Source: Octopus bimaculoides (taxonomy: Eukaryota). Taken from it: 63,493 nucleotides of DNA. The notes under the pieces were generated by a model, which worked only from the letters and a program-made list of their open reading frames with translations, searched no databases and was not told the origin of the DNA. Of this stretch, positions 23,976-37,202 are shown piece after piece. The translations under genes and the position numbers were made by a program. The DNA is taken from assembly GCF_001194135.2 (NCBI RefSeq), contig NC_068985.1, positions 99,837,954-99,901,446 on the forward strand. The letters are read 5' to 3'. Positions within the stretch are counted from its first letter, which is position 1. Every line of letters starts with the position of its first letter.

Positions 23976-24798
23976 GCAACAGCATTAGCGACATTTATTC
24001 AACTATTTCATCAGCAGTAATTACCTTTCTAGGGCTAATCCTTCATCATCCCTTTCTAACTGTATATAACTTTCAACGTCTCTATCCACACAAACGTTGG
24101 CGTGTTTTCAAAGAAAACGAGCGCATTTGTCATGCATATCGATTTCCTAAGATTTGTTCACATTCAGTCATAATGCTTCATGTTCATGCTCTTTACTCTA
24201 AGTTATGTATGATCAGGATACACCAATCCACGCGATATATAATTGCGAATTTATATTTTTGTATATCTTTTCCTGTATATATATATATATATTTATATAT
24301 ANNNNNNNNNNNNNNNNNNNNNNNNNNNNNNNNNNNNNNNNNNNNNNNNNNNNNNNNNNNNNNNNNNNNNNNNNNNNNNNNNNNNNNNNNNNNNNNNNNN
24401 NNNNNNNNNNNNNNNNNNNNNNNNNNNNNNNNNNNNNNNNNNNNNNNNNNNNNNNNNNNNNNNNNNNNNNNNNNNNNNNNNNNNNNNNNNNNNNNNNNNN
24501 NNNNNNNNNNNNNNNNNNNNNNNNNNNNNNNNNNNNNNNNNNNNNNNNNNNNNNNNNNNNNNNNNNNNNNNNNNNNNNNNNNNNNNNNNNNNNNNNNNNN
24601 NNNNNNNNNNNNNNNNNNNNNNNNNNNNNNNNNNNNNNNNNNNNNNNNNNNNNNNNNNNNNNNNNNNNNNNNNNNNNNNNNNNNNNNNNNNNNNNNNNNN
24701 NNNNNNNNNNNNNNNNNNNNNNNNNNNNNNNNNNNNNNNNNNNNNNNNNNNNNNNNNNNNNNNNNNNNNNNNNNNNNNNNNNNNNNNNNNNNNNNNNN

Positions 24799-24841
<43 letters not shown>

Positions 24842-25674
24842 TAAATGTTTGTAGGTCAGGTCTTCTTCGAGAGAATAGTATGAAAGAGGGCAACAGAGAC
24901 AGTTCAGAAAAGAAATAATTTATAAAATGCCTAAGGATACACGTATAATGCAAGTGGTAAAGATCAAGAGGTAATGCATTTCTATGTGGTAAGTTAAAAC
25001 GCAAGAAAGAGGCGGGTATGTAGACGTATGCATCGGTACGCCTCTGTGTCTTGAAGTAGTTACTAGGGTAATTGTGCATGTGTGTGCGTGAAGAGTGTAT
25101 ATATGAGAATGGATGCGTGGAAGTGCTGAAACATTGTGAAGTTGCTTGAAATGTTGCAGTTATTGTTGTATGAGTCTTTGTTTAGGCTGTTGTGACATAA
25201 AGGAGGAGTAGGAAAGAGCGTGCGTATGAGAAAAACAAATTCACGTAGTACATTGACAAGCAGGAGCGAGCTGCACAGCTTCATTGATACGTGTGCGAGT
25301 GCATAACAATAGCATTCAGGTACGGGCAAACTTCATTCTATGCATGCAGTAGTGAAATAAATTGCAGTTTTAAAACTAAAATTCGAAAATGAAAAACAAA
25401 TGTGGCACATCTCTGGCGGGAGAAAACTGAACGGACTTGCATACTGACGTACGAAGTTAGTAAAGCATCCGTAGAAATCGTTAAAATAAGATGAAGCAAA
25501 TAGTTTTGTATTTTGACACAAGTGTTGACACAAGAACAGAGTATGGCGAACAGAAGTCAGAAAGAGGGAGAAATATATATTTTTGAGAAAACAGGGATGA
25601 TACAAAGAGCGGAAGATAAAGGAAATATGACTTGTGTTAGAGTGTCACTTGGAATGTTGGGAGCAAATGGGTTG

Positions 25675-25714
<40 letters not shown>

Positions 25715-26810
25715 GTATTCAGTCATGCAAGCTTTAAGAAAAAATGGTAGACATTAAATATTATAACACCAGAAAATGTTCCTCACGATAAAATTATTTT
25801 GGCATTTTCTACCTTGTCTTATTTTGCTTATACATATGAACTCGTATGTTCCTTGTCAACCTTCCACACACACCCACGCACACACAAACACACACATACA
25901 CACACACACATACACACACACACACACGCATATATATATATGTATAAGTCAAATACAGTTTCAGAATTCCACTTGCAAGAAATAGGAGTTAACACTCCAA
26001 AACCACAAAGTTCTCTCCACTGCTTCAATTGTCTCTGCTGGGATCGTGACATTTGCCCAATTGTTCTCATGTTTAATTAATTGCCATGCCTCCCTATTTT
26101 TGAGGCCTACTGTATATCGATGCTTAGTATTGGCGGCTGCTGCTGCTGCTGCTGCTGCAACACTATTTTTGATATTTTTATTTGCATTGTTTTCTTTGTT
26201 TTTGTTATTGTCACTGTTGCTGCTGCTGCTTCTCCCGTTGTGTTCGATTCTATCGATTTTGCTGGTATTGTTTTTTTTTTTTATTGTTGCTGTCGTCAGT
26301 TTTGCTCTCGTTGGTGTTGTTTATTGTTGTTGCTGTCGCTACTACCACTGCCGTTACTTTCTCTTTCGTGGTTGTTACTGCTCTCACTACTACTATTACT
26401 GCTTCGGCTGCTGCTGTCATTTCTACTGCTGTTAGGGTTTCTGCTACTATTGTTATTACGGCTCGTTGTACTTTGTACCGTAACAGTCTTGTTCTTTTCC
26501 TCCTCCCCTTTCCATGTGTTGTTGCCGTGACAGAAGGAAGGGATGAGAAGTCTCCATCTATTACCATATTCGTAGGAGGGTTTATCTTGTTTTTCCTCAC
26601 ATCCTTTTTCAAGAGGCATTCCGGCATTTTGTTGAGTTGTATTGATTCCATTAACTTTTAACGCGCATCAGATTTACTTGGTGTGCTTCTGTTCACAACT
26701 TGGAATAAAATAATTATCGCAAAAGTACACCAAACCTGGTGTAAATAAATATTTTGAAACAAACTAACTTCAAGCGTTCGAAAACACGTCAGATAGGTTT
26801 TGCAGCAAAT

Positions 26811-26876
<66 letters not shown>

Positions 26877-26968
26877 TCAGCAGCAAAAAGAAGAAGAAGA
26901 AGAAGAAGAAGAAGAAGAAGAAGAAGAAGAAGAAGAAGAAGAAGAAGAAGAAGGAGAAGAATACTGAA

Positions 26969-27008
<40 letters not shown>
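26811..27008. repeat. Compound (AAC)n-(AAG)n-(TA)n microsatellite
   Basis: Direct reading. Confidence 0.95.
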
Positions 27009-27011
<3 letters not shown>

Positions 27012-27915
27012 AAATGAGGATTCAGATAGAATTAGTTACTTGAAAAGATATGCACCAGGTAGGATTGGATAAACCTGTAGCTCCGACCTGTGGTTAGGAA
27101 GTATCAAATAGGATATCCCGGTTGTATACTGAGAGAAAACCAATCCTACGAGTATTTATCACCTAGGAGTTGGTCCAAAGTACACTTTTATGTTGAATTT
27201 TACGTTGTTGGTATAATCTAGGGTGTCCGGCAAGTAAATCCTCTTGGTTTATTATAATCACATGAATAATTACATACGATGGATAGCTGTTTCTTACGCA
27301 TCTTTTTTTACAGAAGAATGAGAACATTACACCGTTACAAAAACCGTAATCATCAGATGAAACGTAATTTTACACACAAAAGTGCATCCCAAGAATATAG
27401 CAAGGACGTGGCTGAAGTCTGTCGAGGCCAACTATGAAATAGGAGAATGACCAACAATGTTGTCTGTTAAGAATATAGTTCTTGAAAGTGTTTAATATAT
27501 CTAAGCTCAGTAACCTGGATGAGAATGGATGATATTTATTATAGTAGTCTTAGTGCAGCGGGTAGCTGGGAGAGGATCTAATATAAGCCATACATATTTG
27601 CATACATATATATATACATGTGTGCATGTGGGCATGTACGTATGTACGTATGCATATGTGTACATGCTTATGCATACGTGCACGCCCTTACGCATGTATG
27701 TATGTATGTACGTATGTATGTGTACCTGTATTATGTATGTGAGTGTTTTGGTTTGTAAGTCTGTAGACGTGTCTCTGTGTGTATGTATATGTACATGTGA
27801 ACGTACGTTTAGGTTCTGATACTTTTGTCTCTACAAGTTGTATATAGGATTGTCACACTGTCGAAGGTTGTATATACATACATACACACACACATACATA
27901 CAAACATACATACAT

Positions 27916-27975
<60 letters not shown>

Positions 27976-30928
27976 CTTTCACCACCGTCTAACGGTGAAT
28001 GGATACAGTGTCTTAGATACAGACATGCAAATATCAACTACCTATACATATTCACAAGCACACACAATCATGCAAGCACGTATACACATTCACATATAAA
28101 CGTAAAATCTTAAAGCATACACATATATACGCTTATCCAACTACTCATAAATATGTATATATCACTATTTTAGCATATAAGATTGCAATAGTATTTATGG
28201 GTGTGTATTTCTTATTTTCAGGATAAGCAAATTGCTCCAGCGTCATATTTTCCTTGTGAATTTCGCCAGTATACAAGCGTTCGTAAATCCCAGTTTAATA
28301 AAGAATGGATAAAGGCACATTTGTCATTTTTAGGTAAACTATGACGTGATGGTTCATGAAATCATTTCTATAAACTGGAAAATATTGTCTCACATTATAT
28401 AAATCTATCAAACGTGAATCGAAATATTTCATAAAGCATTACTAATATACTATTACTAAGAAATGTAATTTAGGAAGCTTGAAAATACGTCAAGTATGAA
28501 ATGGAAATAAAATTGCCCTTAAGGATATATAAACGTGCGGCAGCTGCGATGTAGGATATAAAAGAAAACAAAAAAAAAATCCTTTGCCTAAAACAAATGA
28601 CATGGTGTAATTTCATCGATGACCTTACAAGAAATATTCCAATACGGGATGCACAAATGTTTAGCTATAAAATTATGAGACATTGTGGGAATGATTATAA
28701 TATAAAATAATATGGTTATGTTAACAATGAAGTCTCAATTAGATTTCTCTACTGTCATTCTATCATTCACATGACGAACGATATTTATAGTCCAACAGAG
28801 AACCATCGCATAATTCTCTGTAAAAATATTGGTTGTTTGGACACAATGTGATAATTCTTGAGATAGTGCATATCACTAATGTTATCAGGATTTTTGTGAT
28901 TGTTTTCTGAGCTTATAAAACTAAAGTTTATTAAGGGGTTAAAAGTGAGAAATTGAAGCGTAGGTTGATGATGTATTCTCTTCGTATTCACCATCATATC
29001 GCGTCTATATTATCAATAATTGTAAGATATAGAGTGTTCCAAAGTGCAGAGAAATATTTGCTAATCAATACGATTGCGCAGGGTCGATAGAAATATGTGT
29101 TGGCAATGTTAATCGCGGCAACAGAATTCTGTTATCGGAATTTCTGATAATTAATACCTAGACGAATAACGTCGACTCTCATCGGTGTTATTGATAAAAA
29201 ATATCAGTCTCCATGCTGTACAGTGTACATTTAAGGCTAAGTCTATATTTAATGACATAGATAAATGAATGATTTTAAATTCCCATTAAACATATAAAAC
29301 ATACCTTTCCTGAGCCAAACACGTTGTAAATGCCCGATAAATGTTCCATGATTGCGTGATGTTATTAATATAAGGTGTCCACCGTCACTGATTAAACGAT
29401 AACGAGGATTTCAAATATGGACAGATATATATTATATATACATAGATGTTTATTTCATAACTTTTACCGATTCCTATCACATTTATAGTTGTATAACTTT
29501 TGCCAATTTCTGTGACATTTATAGGTTAACTGCAGTAAATTTAGTACATCAGTATAAAAAGAGGTATTTTGAATTTTATCGATGGTTTAAATGTAGCATC
29601 ATGTAATTCGCCATAGATTTTAATTCTTCACCCACTGCTAATCAACCGGTCGACTGATGCGGTTCATGTACATCTGAAATGGATTGCAAAAAATTAAATT
29701 CTTAGGGTTTTTGAACACCAGGAGAAATCTAATTGTGGTATAAAATAAGTGGGTGCTAACATGTCTTGTTATTCCAAGAAAGAAATATCATATATATTTC
29801 TAAAAATGTAAATTTACATTTCATAAGGATTCTAGTCACAAATTAACCTATTTGATTAAGACCTGTTAAAACCAGGAAACGTTTTGGCAAGTTAATTATA
29901 TCTTTAACTTTTTTGAGAGGTAACTGCAGCTCATGATAAAAATACTTCCAACATATTACACCACGGGCTTTCTCCTAACGTTTAATCAAACTTAATCATT
30001 GCAGAATAATACTGGATGCTTCAGGATCAGTTCACGTATCATATGCTCAACAAAAGCACATTTATCATTGCGCACTAGTTACGATATATCTTTAAGTATT
30101 CTGGCTCCATGTACAAAATTGAAATAAAAATGGCTTGAGTTTGATGATTCCAACAATTACATTTATAATGTTTAACAATTTGATGATACTGAGTAGTGCA
30201 GTCTAATTAATATGACATTCCCATCTAGTTTGCAAATACAACATTGCGTTGTTGTCAGGTACGTTTTCAGACGATGGAAGTGAATAATATGAAAGATGTA
30301 CCTGAAAAACAAGAATACATCATGAAGCAGAAAGTATATGTCAAGTGTGAATGTAATATACTATTGTTACATCATTTCTGTATCTTGAAGCAATTACAAC
30401 AGGTTTTCTTTAAATAGAACAATACAACGATTTCCGGATGGTTCAAATTAGATTTTCCAAACAATTCTGTATAGTAATTTTTATAACTACCCTTCGTAAT
30501 TTGGGGAATATTATGTATCAGCAGTGGGACAATCATAGGTGTTTGGTCAAAGAATTGTTGACTACTTTCAACTTTTTATATACGAGGTAGTAATTATGTC
30601 AGACCTGTAAGTGAACGGCAGATTCAAAGTCATAACGATTTCACATCAGGATTTTAATGAAACTTAGTTAAGTACCCAAATAATGTTTCATTGCTACTCT
30701 TCCCGTTGTCGAAATGTATGTGCCTTGAATTTCAGACGTTGAATTTATAATGGCTAAAAGCCACAATTTATAACTCAGAAATATTTACAATTGTCTAACA
30801 AATGAAAAATAATTTAAAACACAATTTTTGAACTGTTGAAAATTAAAGAACAAGTAAATGGTTTCCTACATTATAATATTGTGTTTTTATGTTTAAACTT
30901 GATTCAACGTAATATTTATCTGCTTGTA

Positions 30929-30967
<39 letters not shown>

Positions 30968-30975
30968 GTGTGTGT

Positions 30976-31006
<31 letters not shown>

Positions 31007-32529
31007 CCTGTGGGGGTGTATGTATGTGTGCGCGTGTGTGCAGTCGTGCTGCGTGCGTATGGGAAGACGTAAAGTATGATAACGAATTCTCTTCAAAAGG
31101 TTGCTGGAAGAAGGATCAGTGTTTCCATGTGTTAGCATCCATGGCAAAACTGAATTTATTTGAGAATTTATTGGTTTGCACATTAATACAATTACTCTGC
31201 TTTTTCATATAAATTTTTGAACACCTTTGATTCATTTACACATCATATCTTTCTCAGCCTGCCAACAAAAATGAACATTTTGAAGAAACATAAATATAAA
31301 GGTGGAATAAAATAATACAAAAATACATATTCGTCAGTGAAATAAGAATATAATATGTATACCTGTCACCAAAGATGATTTATTAGTGCAAACCACGAAA
31401 TCATGAAATTTCAAAATGCACAGTGGCGGTTTGACGGTTAAATTTATTAAATACTATCAAACAATACTGATGAATGAGTTTGGGAAATCATATGGGCGTT
31501 AAAAGATTTCTTCTGCATGGCTGTTGCCACAAATAATGATTATCAACTTGAATACGTTTCGTATTGTCAATGTTTAAAATGTATTCTTAGAATTCTCCTT
31601 TTAACAACGTCGCCGATATGAATCAGTGGAAGGAACAAATCTTTGCCATCGATTTACTGCACATGGTTCTTGGTTGGTAACATCTATGAGCAAAAGCTTT
31701 CTCCCTATATTCCGTATTTTTAATTATCGGTTATCAAAAAACATACTTTACAATTCAAACTTAGATGTCATCATATATATAACTGAAATTGTTTGGTCTG
31801 AGATAGCATGTATTTTGATCATGATGTCTTTGATTTAAACGTAATATAGGTACTACTTTTATTAAGTCTGGTGATGAGCTTTAATTAGTAGTATAATAAA
31901 TTAAATTAGGTGATTGGAATATTAATTGACAATTTTAAAGCTGCCACGAATGATCTTACTTTCGAAGATATTCTTTTCTGTATCAAATTGTGTAGCATTT
32001 GGGAGCTTATGACACCATCCACCCGGGCGGGAAGAGGACAGTACAATCTTCAACGATTCAGACAAAAGGTTTAGAGCCATTTTTTTCGCCCGGCTACTTT
32101 AATTTCTAGGTCAAAATCCTGCCATAATTGCCAATATATATAAGTAATGCCGTGCTATCTGGGACTCCACAACATGAATCTTAAAAGTCATAGACAATGA
32201 TCGCCCACATTCTGAACTAGAGAAGAACAAGTGCAGTTTGAAGGTTCGTGCGTATCAATGAACAGGTTCAGAAGGCTGTTATTAATATTGCATCGTTACC
32301 AACTAATAAGACATAAGACATTATCATTGAGACGTAAAACATATTGTTGTGTTCGTCACTCATTTCCAGCTTGTAGGAGAGTTTGCACACATGTACCCAT
32401 ATTTTGTTCGCAGCTATCACATCTCTTTCATTTTGCACACATTTGAAATTGAAGACTACGATACTGCTGATGTTGTTCTATATATCTATTAGCTACTCAG
32501 GGAAATACGTCTTCCACATATCCCAACTT

Positions 32530-33020
32530 AAATCTTAGGAAAGTTGGGAAAACCACATATAAAATGGAGAATTTCTTGAACACAAATATGTCGAAACTTT
32601 CTGAAACGAAAGATGGTATGTTTATTACTAGTGAACAAACTAGGCATATTATCTTGAGAAAGAAATTCGCTGAAGCTTTGGGATTATCGAATGACGAAAG
32701 CTACAACAGCAGCAGTGAAAGAATTCACACAGCCAAATTTGGCTACATCGCAAAATTGAATGCATTTTTTCCCAAGGTTAGCTCAATCATAATGTATATC
32801 GGAATACATACGCAGTATTACTAGTTCCTGATGTGGGAACAAGGTCAGCTGTTTCGATGGATGTAGCTGATACTATCGACATGTTACAGGAAAATACATT
32901 TTATCTTATTGAACCTAAGAAAATTAAACGTAAAGTTAACATTGTCAGATTTTCAACACTGAACACAAAATTGTTGAAACAAATCGGCAAGAAATTTTGC
33001 CCTACTAATTCAGCATAGGC
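32530..33020 (+). mobile_element. Fossil mariner transposase fragment
   Basis: Collinear degenerate motifs LRKVGK; ICRNFLKR; FITSEQ (cf. IVTGDEKW); TAK; YY*FL (cf. YYELL); KLLKQIG (cf. KLLELGW..LPHPPYSPD). Confidence 0.55.
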
Positions 33021-33039
33021 ATAAGACATGAAATTCTGG

Positions 33040-33150
33040 AGAATTGATTTTGTTGAATGTATCGACCCCAGTGCTCACCTGATACTTGTATTATCGATCC
33101 CGGTATGATGAAGGTCTAAGTCGACCGCAGTGGTATTTGTGGAATAGCCA
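33040..33150 (-). mobile_element. SINE family B body fragment
   Basis: ATCGACCCCAGTGCTCACCTGATACTTG...ATCGATCCC...AAGTCGAC is the reverse complement of the B body. Confidence 0.65.
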
Positions 33151-33232
33151 TACCGCTAAAATATTTTCTGCCAAATTAGCGCTTTTTATTATTATTATGA
33201 TTTTCCCTACATATTCTCCGCCAAATTACCCC

Positions 33233-33294
<62 letters not shown>

Positions 33295-33432
33295 TGTTGT
33301 TAGACCTGGTGTTTTTGTTGTGTATTTGCCTGAATATTTTTTATCATACATAACGCACTCACTATGATTGTAATAATAATAATAATGATAATAGTGATGA
33401 TAATAATAATAATAACAATAACAGAATAATAG

Positions 33433-33486
33433 AAGTCGGTGAGCTGGCAGAATCGTTAGCACGCCCGGCTGAAATACTTAGCCGTA
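33433..33486 (+). mobile_element. SINE family B head fragment
   Basis: GGTGAGCTGGCAGAATCGTTAGCACGCCCGGCTGAAATACTTAGC. Confidence 0.8.
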
Positions 33487-33534
33487 GAATTTACAACGAA
33501 TAAAGGAAGTCGAAGAAACTTAAGTGCAAAAAGA

Positions 33535-33776
33535 TATAAAGTGTTCAAAAAGTCTCACCGCAGTAATTTTTTTTCACTGCTCAAATATTGTCTATCCATT
33601 TGTAGGCCAACTCACTGAAGGTGAAATTGATCATGAATAGCCATTCTACACGTCTCCTAACGTTTTTTAAAGTCTTATAAAGTCTAATATATCCGTTATT
33701 TAGTTTCATACCATCTTATAAATATTTATTTTGCAATAAAATACATACTGCGGAGAGACCCTCTGAACACCCTATA
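33535..33776. mobile_element. Tc1/mariner-type MITE (~240 bp)
   Basis: TATAAAGTGTTCAAAAAGTCTCACCGCAGTA versus the reverse complement of the right end, TATAGGGTGTTCAGAGGGTCTCTCCGCAGTA; TA at both ends. Confidence 0.75.
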
Positions 33777-34354
33777 TAATATTCTCAAGGAATTAAAAAT
33801 CTAGGCTAGTGAATACGTGCTGGATGAGACCTTTTTCCAGTGTTACTAGTTGCAATGGTTTATGAGATTTATAATATCCTAATGATACAATCCAATAAGT
33901 ACATATCAAATGGGATTATACAAATGTGGTTAAAATAGGACAAACAGAGAAAAAATGAAAAATAACTTGAACGTAAATTTGCATGAGATTAGCAACCAAA
34001 ATCTATTACAAAAATGGAAACGTCTAGCATACATAATTCCAGGAAATGTATACCAACACGTCTAATGCGTTATGAAAAGGAAGGCTGTCGAGAAAAAATT
34101 CGAAGTAAACTAAAAGCCACTATATGATCGGCAATATCTTTTGGGGTATTTACTGGAAGAGATTGACAAAACTTTTGTATCACGTCTACTGCTTACAGTA
34201 AAATGTACGATGCACGGGTATTCGAAGTATTCACGATCCCAAAATATTTCGGGTGTCTTTTAGAAATTCAATGCGGCATTGGCGAGTAATATTAAGATAA
34301 GGAAGGACATTATTTACATTTGACGAATATTTGTCCTCATCTTGTTTGTTGTTA

Positions 34355-34398
34355 ACACAACGTTTCGGCTGATATACTGTACAGCCTTAATTAGGTGT
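34355..34398 (-). ncRNA. Degenerate minimal type I hammerhead ribozyme (Penelope-type)
   Basis: Minus strand: ACAC CTAATTA AGGCTG-tacagtatat-CAGCC GAAA CG TT GTGT. Stem I (ACAC/GTGT), stem II and the GAAACGTT short stem III are intact; the core reads CTAATTA instead of CTGATGA. Confidence 0.55.
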
Positions 34399-34670
34399 CT
34401 TGGGGGAATTTCGAACCTGTGTACTCATTCCTAAGGTACTTTTCGATGTCATTATTATTATTATTTTCTTCTACTTCTTCTTCTTCTTCTTATTATTATT
34501 CAGGTCACTGCTTGGAATTGAACTCGGAATCTTGGAGTTAGTAAACCGCGCTCTTAACCATTACGCTATATGCCTGTGGGTTAAGAGCGTAGACTACTAA
34601 CCCCAAGATTCCGAGTTCTATTCCAGGCAGTGACCTGAATAACAACAACAACAACAACAGCAACAACAGC

Positions 34671-34702
<32 letters not shown>

Positions 34703-34705
<3 letters not shown>

Positions 34706-35012
34706 TACAAAGACCTGGAAATAGAGATAACTCGAATGTGGAATCTAAAAACAGAAACAATTCCTATCATAGTAGGTGCCTTAAGTATAATAAAAAAATA
34801 TTCAGACAAATACATAACAAAAACACTAGGACTTACAAATATATATAACATACAGAAAATTGCACTACTGGGTACTGCACACATTCTACGCAAAACACTT
34901 TCAATACAGTAAACATAAGAGCACTACAGCAAACCACAGCACATACCTAAGGCGCACAGAGCTGCGCTCGGTAGTGAAGTGAAAGCACGTTATAAAAATA
35001 AAACTACTGAAC
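34703..35012 (+). mobile_element. 5'-truncated R4/Dong-like RLE LINE nested in the (AAT)n tract of the palindrome
   Basis: Open 34703-34912: KYKDLEIEITRMWNLKTETIPIIVGALSIIKK...IQKIALLGTAHILRKTLSIQ* (RLE C-terminus), then a ~100-bp 3' UTR; (AAC/AAT)n on the left and (AAT)n on the right. Confidence 0.88.
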
Positions 35013-35049
<37 letters not shown>

Positions 35050-35118
35050 GTAATAATAATAATAATAACATCGAAAAATACCTTAGAAATGAGAACTCAG
35101 GTTCGAAATTCCTCCAAA

Positions 35119-35156
35119 GCACCAGATAATGACTGGAGGGCATATCAGCCGAAACG
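35119..35156 (+). ncRNA. Degenerate hammerhead-like motif, right arm
   Basis: GCAC CAGATAA TGACTG-gagggcatat-CAGCC GAAA CG; the core is mutated and the downstream stem I strand is deleted. Confidence 0.4.
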
Positions 35157-35441
35157 AGATAAGGACAAATATCCGTCAAATGTAAATAATGTGCATAATT
35201 TCTCATCTCTTTGTCCCTTTGTCCTTAATCCCTTGTCCTTAATCCGTTTGTCCTACATTATTTATAGACTTACGTATAAGGAGAAAGGTAATTTCGGAGA
35301 GACAACTTCTCTCCCATATTTTTGGAATCGAAGTAACCCATTTGTCAATTACACTAAGCAGAGCTAAGGAAAAGATGGGAGAGAGAAAAGGAAACGTAAA
35401 TTATCTAGTTATGCATGATTTAAAGCTTCATGGAAAGAAAC

Positions 35442-35501
35442 GAAACTGTTGGGTTTCTTTATGAAACTGTTGGGTTTCTTTATGAAACTGTTGGGTTTCT
35501 T
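35442..35501. repeat. 21-bp tandem repeat x3 (GAAACTGTTGGGTTTCTTTAT)
   Basis: Direct reading. Confidence 0.9.
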
Positions 35502-35619
35502 GTAAGCATATTTAGTAGAAATATTTAGATGCTATTCAGAATGAATAAATGCGTTATGAAAGCGATGCAGTGGGGAAAATCCATAAAAAATTACTGGAAA
35601 ATATCTGAAGATGATATAG

Positions 35620-36050
35620 CTTTGCATGGAACATAAACATATACATATATGAATTTGAGAATATTGTTAAGCAATAAAATCAGCAACACAGAAATGAAGG
35701 AATACCCCATTAAAGAAGATTTTCGTGGAATGAATATTGTGAATTCGAAAATTAATGCGGAGAACAGCAAAGAGGCAATCAGCATGATGTAAGTAGCATC
35801 AATAATGCTTGAATTAGGAATTATTAAATGAAGGAAGAACAAACTGAAAAATCTTTGGGAAACCGAGGAAGGTAGTCAGAAAGTTCAGAATGGTACATCC
35901 CAAAAATATGCCGACCGGTTATGCTAGAAAATCACGGGGAAAATTTGGTTTAATAAAGTTAAAAGAGGCTGCAGTAGATATGTTCGGGTTGCTATTCTTA
36001 AGAGAAGGAATATTGTCTCTTAAAGGAAGCAATAGCTACGAGACTTTAAG
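35620..36050 (+). mobile_element. Old R4-clade LINE internal fragment (RT end/thumb)
   Basis: TYTYMNLRILLSNKI...NSKINAENSKEAIS...GIIK*...RKVVRKFRMVHPK...GLIKL resembles YKYLGI...SKLNA.NKIKAIN...GII.W...TRK.L...HHPK...GGRGL. Confidence 0.6.
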
Positions 36051-37202
36051 GAACAGTTAGAGTATAGAGGAAGAAAAACTAAATAGAATCACAAGAAGAG
36101 CCGGGCCTGAGGTGAGGAAATAAAACATTAAAAGGAATTGCGGCGGCTACCATCACTACAACCATCTGCATATATTTTCATCTAGTATTTCTAGCTTGTA
36201 CCTAATAAATGTTATCCTGTTAGTGTCAACACAGAATATAAATTGAGGCTTTATAATATTCTAAGTTATGAAACGTATCCGTTCATACCATGTTATTCCT
36301 ATAAAACCAAATTTTCATTTTTCGATTTTTTATAGGGTTTAAAAGAGAAAGTTTGGCTTAATGTTCTTTATTTCTATATATATTTGAAATGTTCAATTTT
36401 TAATTCAAGTTCGTGTGACATTCAACTGAGATGCATTCGTCATATGCGCACTTATTCGTGCCAGCACGCAGTATGTTATCTTCCACCAAGAGCTGGAAAA
36501 TTAAAGATTCATGACAGTTTTAAGTGAATTGGCAATTTTATATACAGCTAGTTTAGTTTATTTTTTTAAACTTCCATTTTGCCTATCTTCCTTCCAGCTG
36601 AAATATTACTCGACGTCGTTCATATCATTCCGAAGGATTTGACATATCTTTTGCAGGCGAGTATGGCTTCGAAAATATTAGCGTTAAGCCGTTTTTAGTT
36701 TTATATAGGATTTCTGCATCTCTTTCGACGCCATTGCATGAATAGGTCATTCAGAGCTGCTGACAGGATATCTTTATTAGTTACATCGACTCATTAATGC
36801 CCCCACATTTAAAGATTTTCCCCAAAAAAGCGTGGTGATTCTGTTGACGTTTATGTAGCCAAAATGTCCCAACATTACTTAAATCATTCTGGTAATAGTA
36901 ACTGACATATCTCCAAGCAGATTCAAATTATATTTATCCTCATCCCTTGACACATGTAGGCTAGCATATAATTTCTACTTCTCTTACTCACAAATATATG
37001 TATCCGTGAAAGATATGATAAAATATGCAAAGCTCCTAATAAAAAAAATGTGTATTGTTTAAACGAGGGCATAGGTCTTTCCCGATATATGTTTTTTTAA
37101 AAATCAATTACTGTAATTTTCGTAAAGAACAAGTCTTCCTTTCAAAATATTGTAGCAATTGACAGATATCAAACCATTGGCATTAAAGTACTACTGTAAT
37201 GT

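Larger units (their letters stand above)
34307..35192. mobile_element. Palindromic non-autonomous element: two head-to-head tRNA-like heads, (AAT)n spacers, outer arms with hammerhead-like motifs
   Basis: Inner arms 34498-34559 and 34579-34640 are near-perfect reverse complements. Outer arms 34307-34450 and 35068-35192 are also reverse complements, with a short deletion in the right arm. Confidence 0.85.

Noticed and set aside
30006-30095. IILDASGSV, resembling a VWA MIDAS DxSxS motif
   Set aside because: The frame closes after about 29 codons with no convincing donor, and no other VWA segments were found.
31460-31495. CTGATGA...GAAA as an intact hammerhead (also near 61236)
   Set aside because: No pairable stem II or stem I.
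35442-35501. Short direct-repeat arrays as CRISPR-like
   Set aside because: No unique spacers and a eukaryotic context; these are simple tandem repeats.
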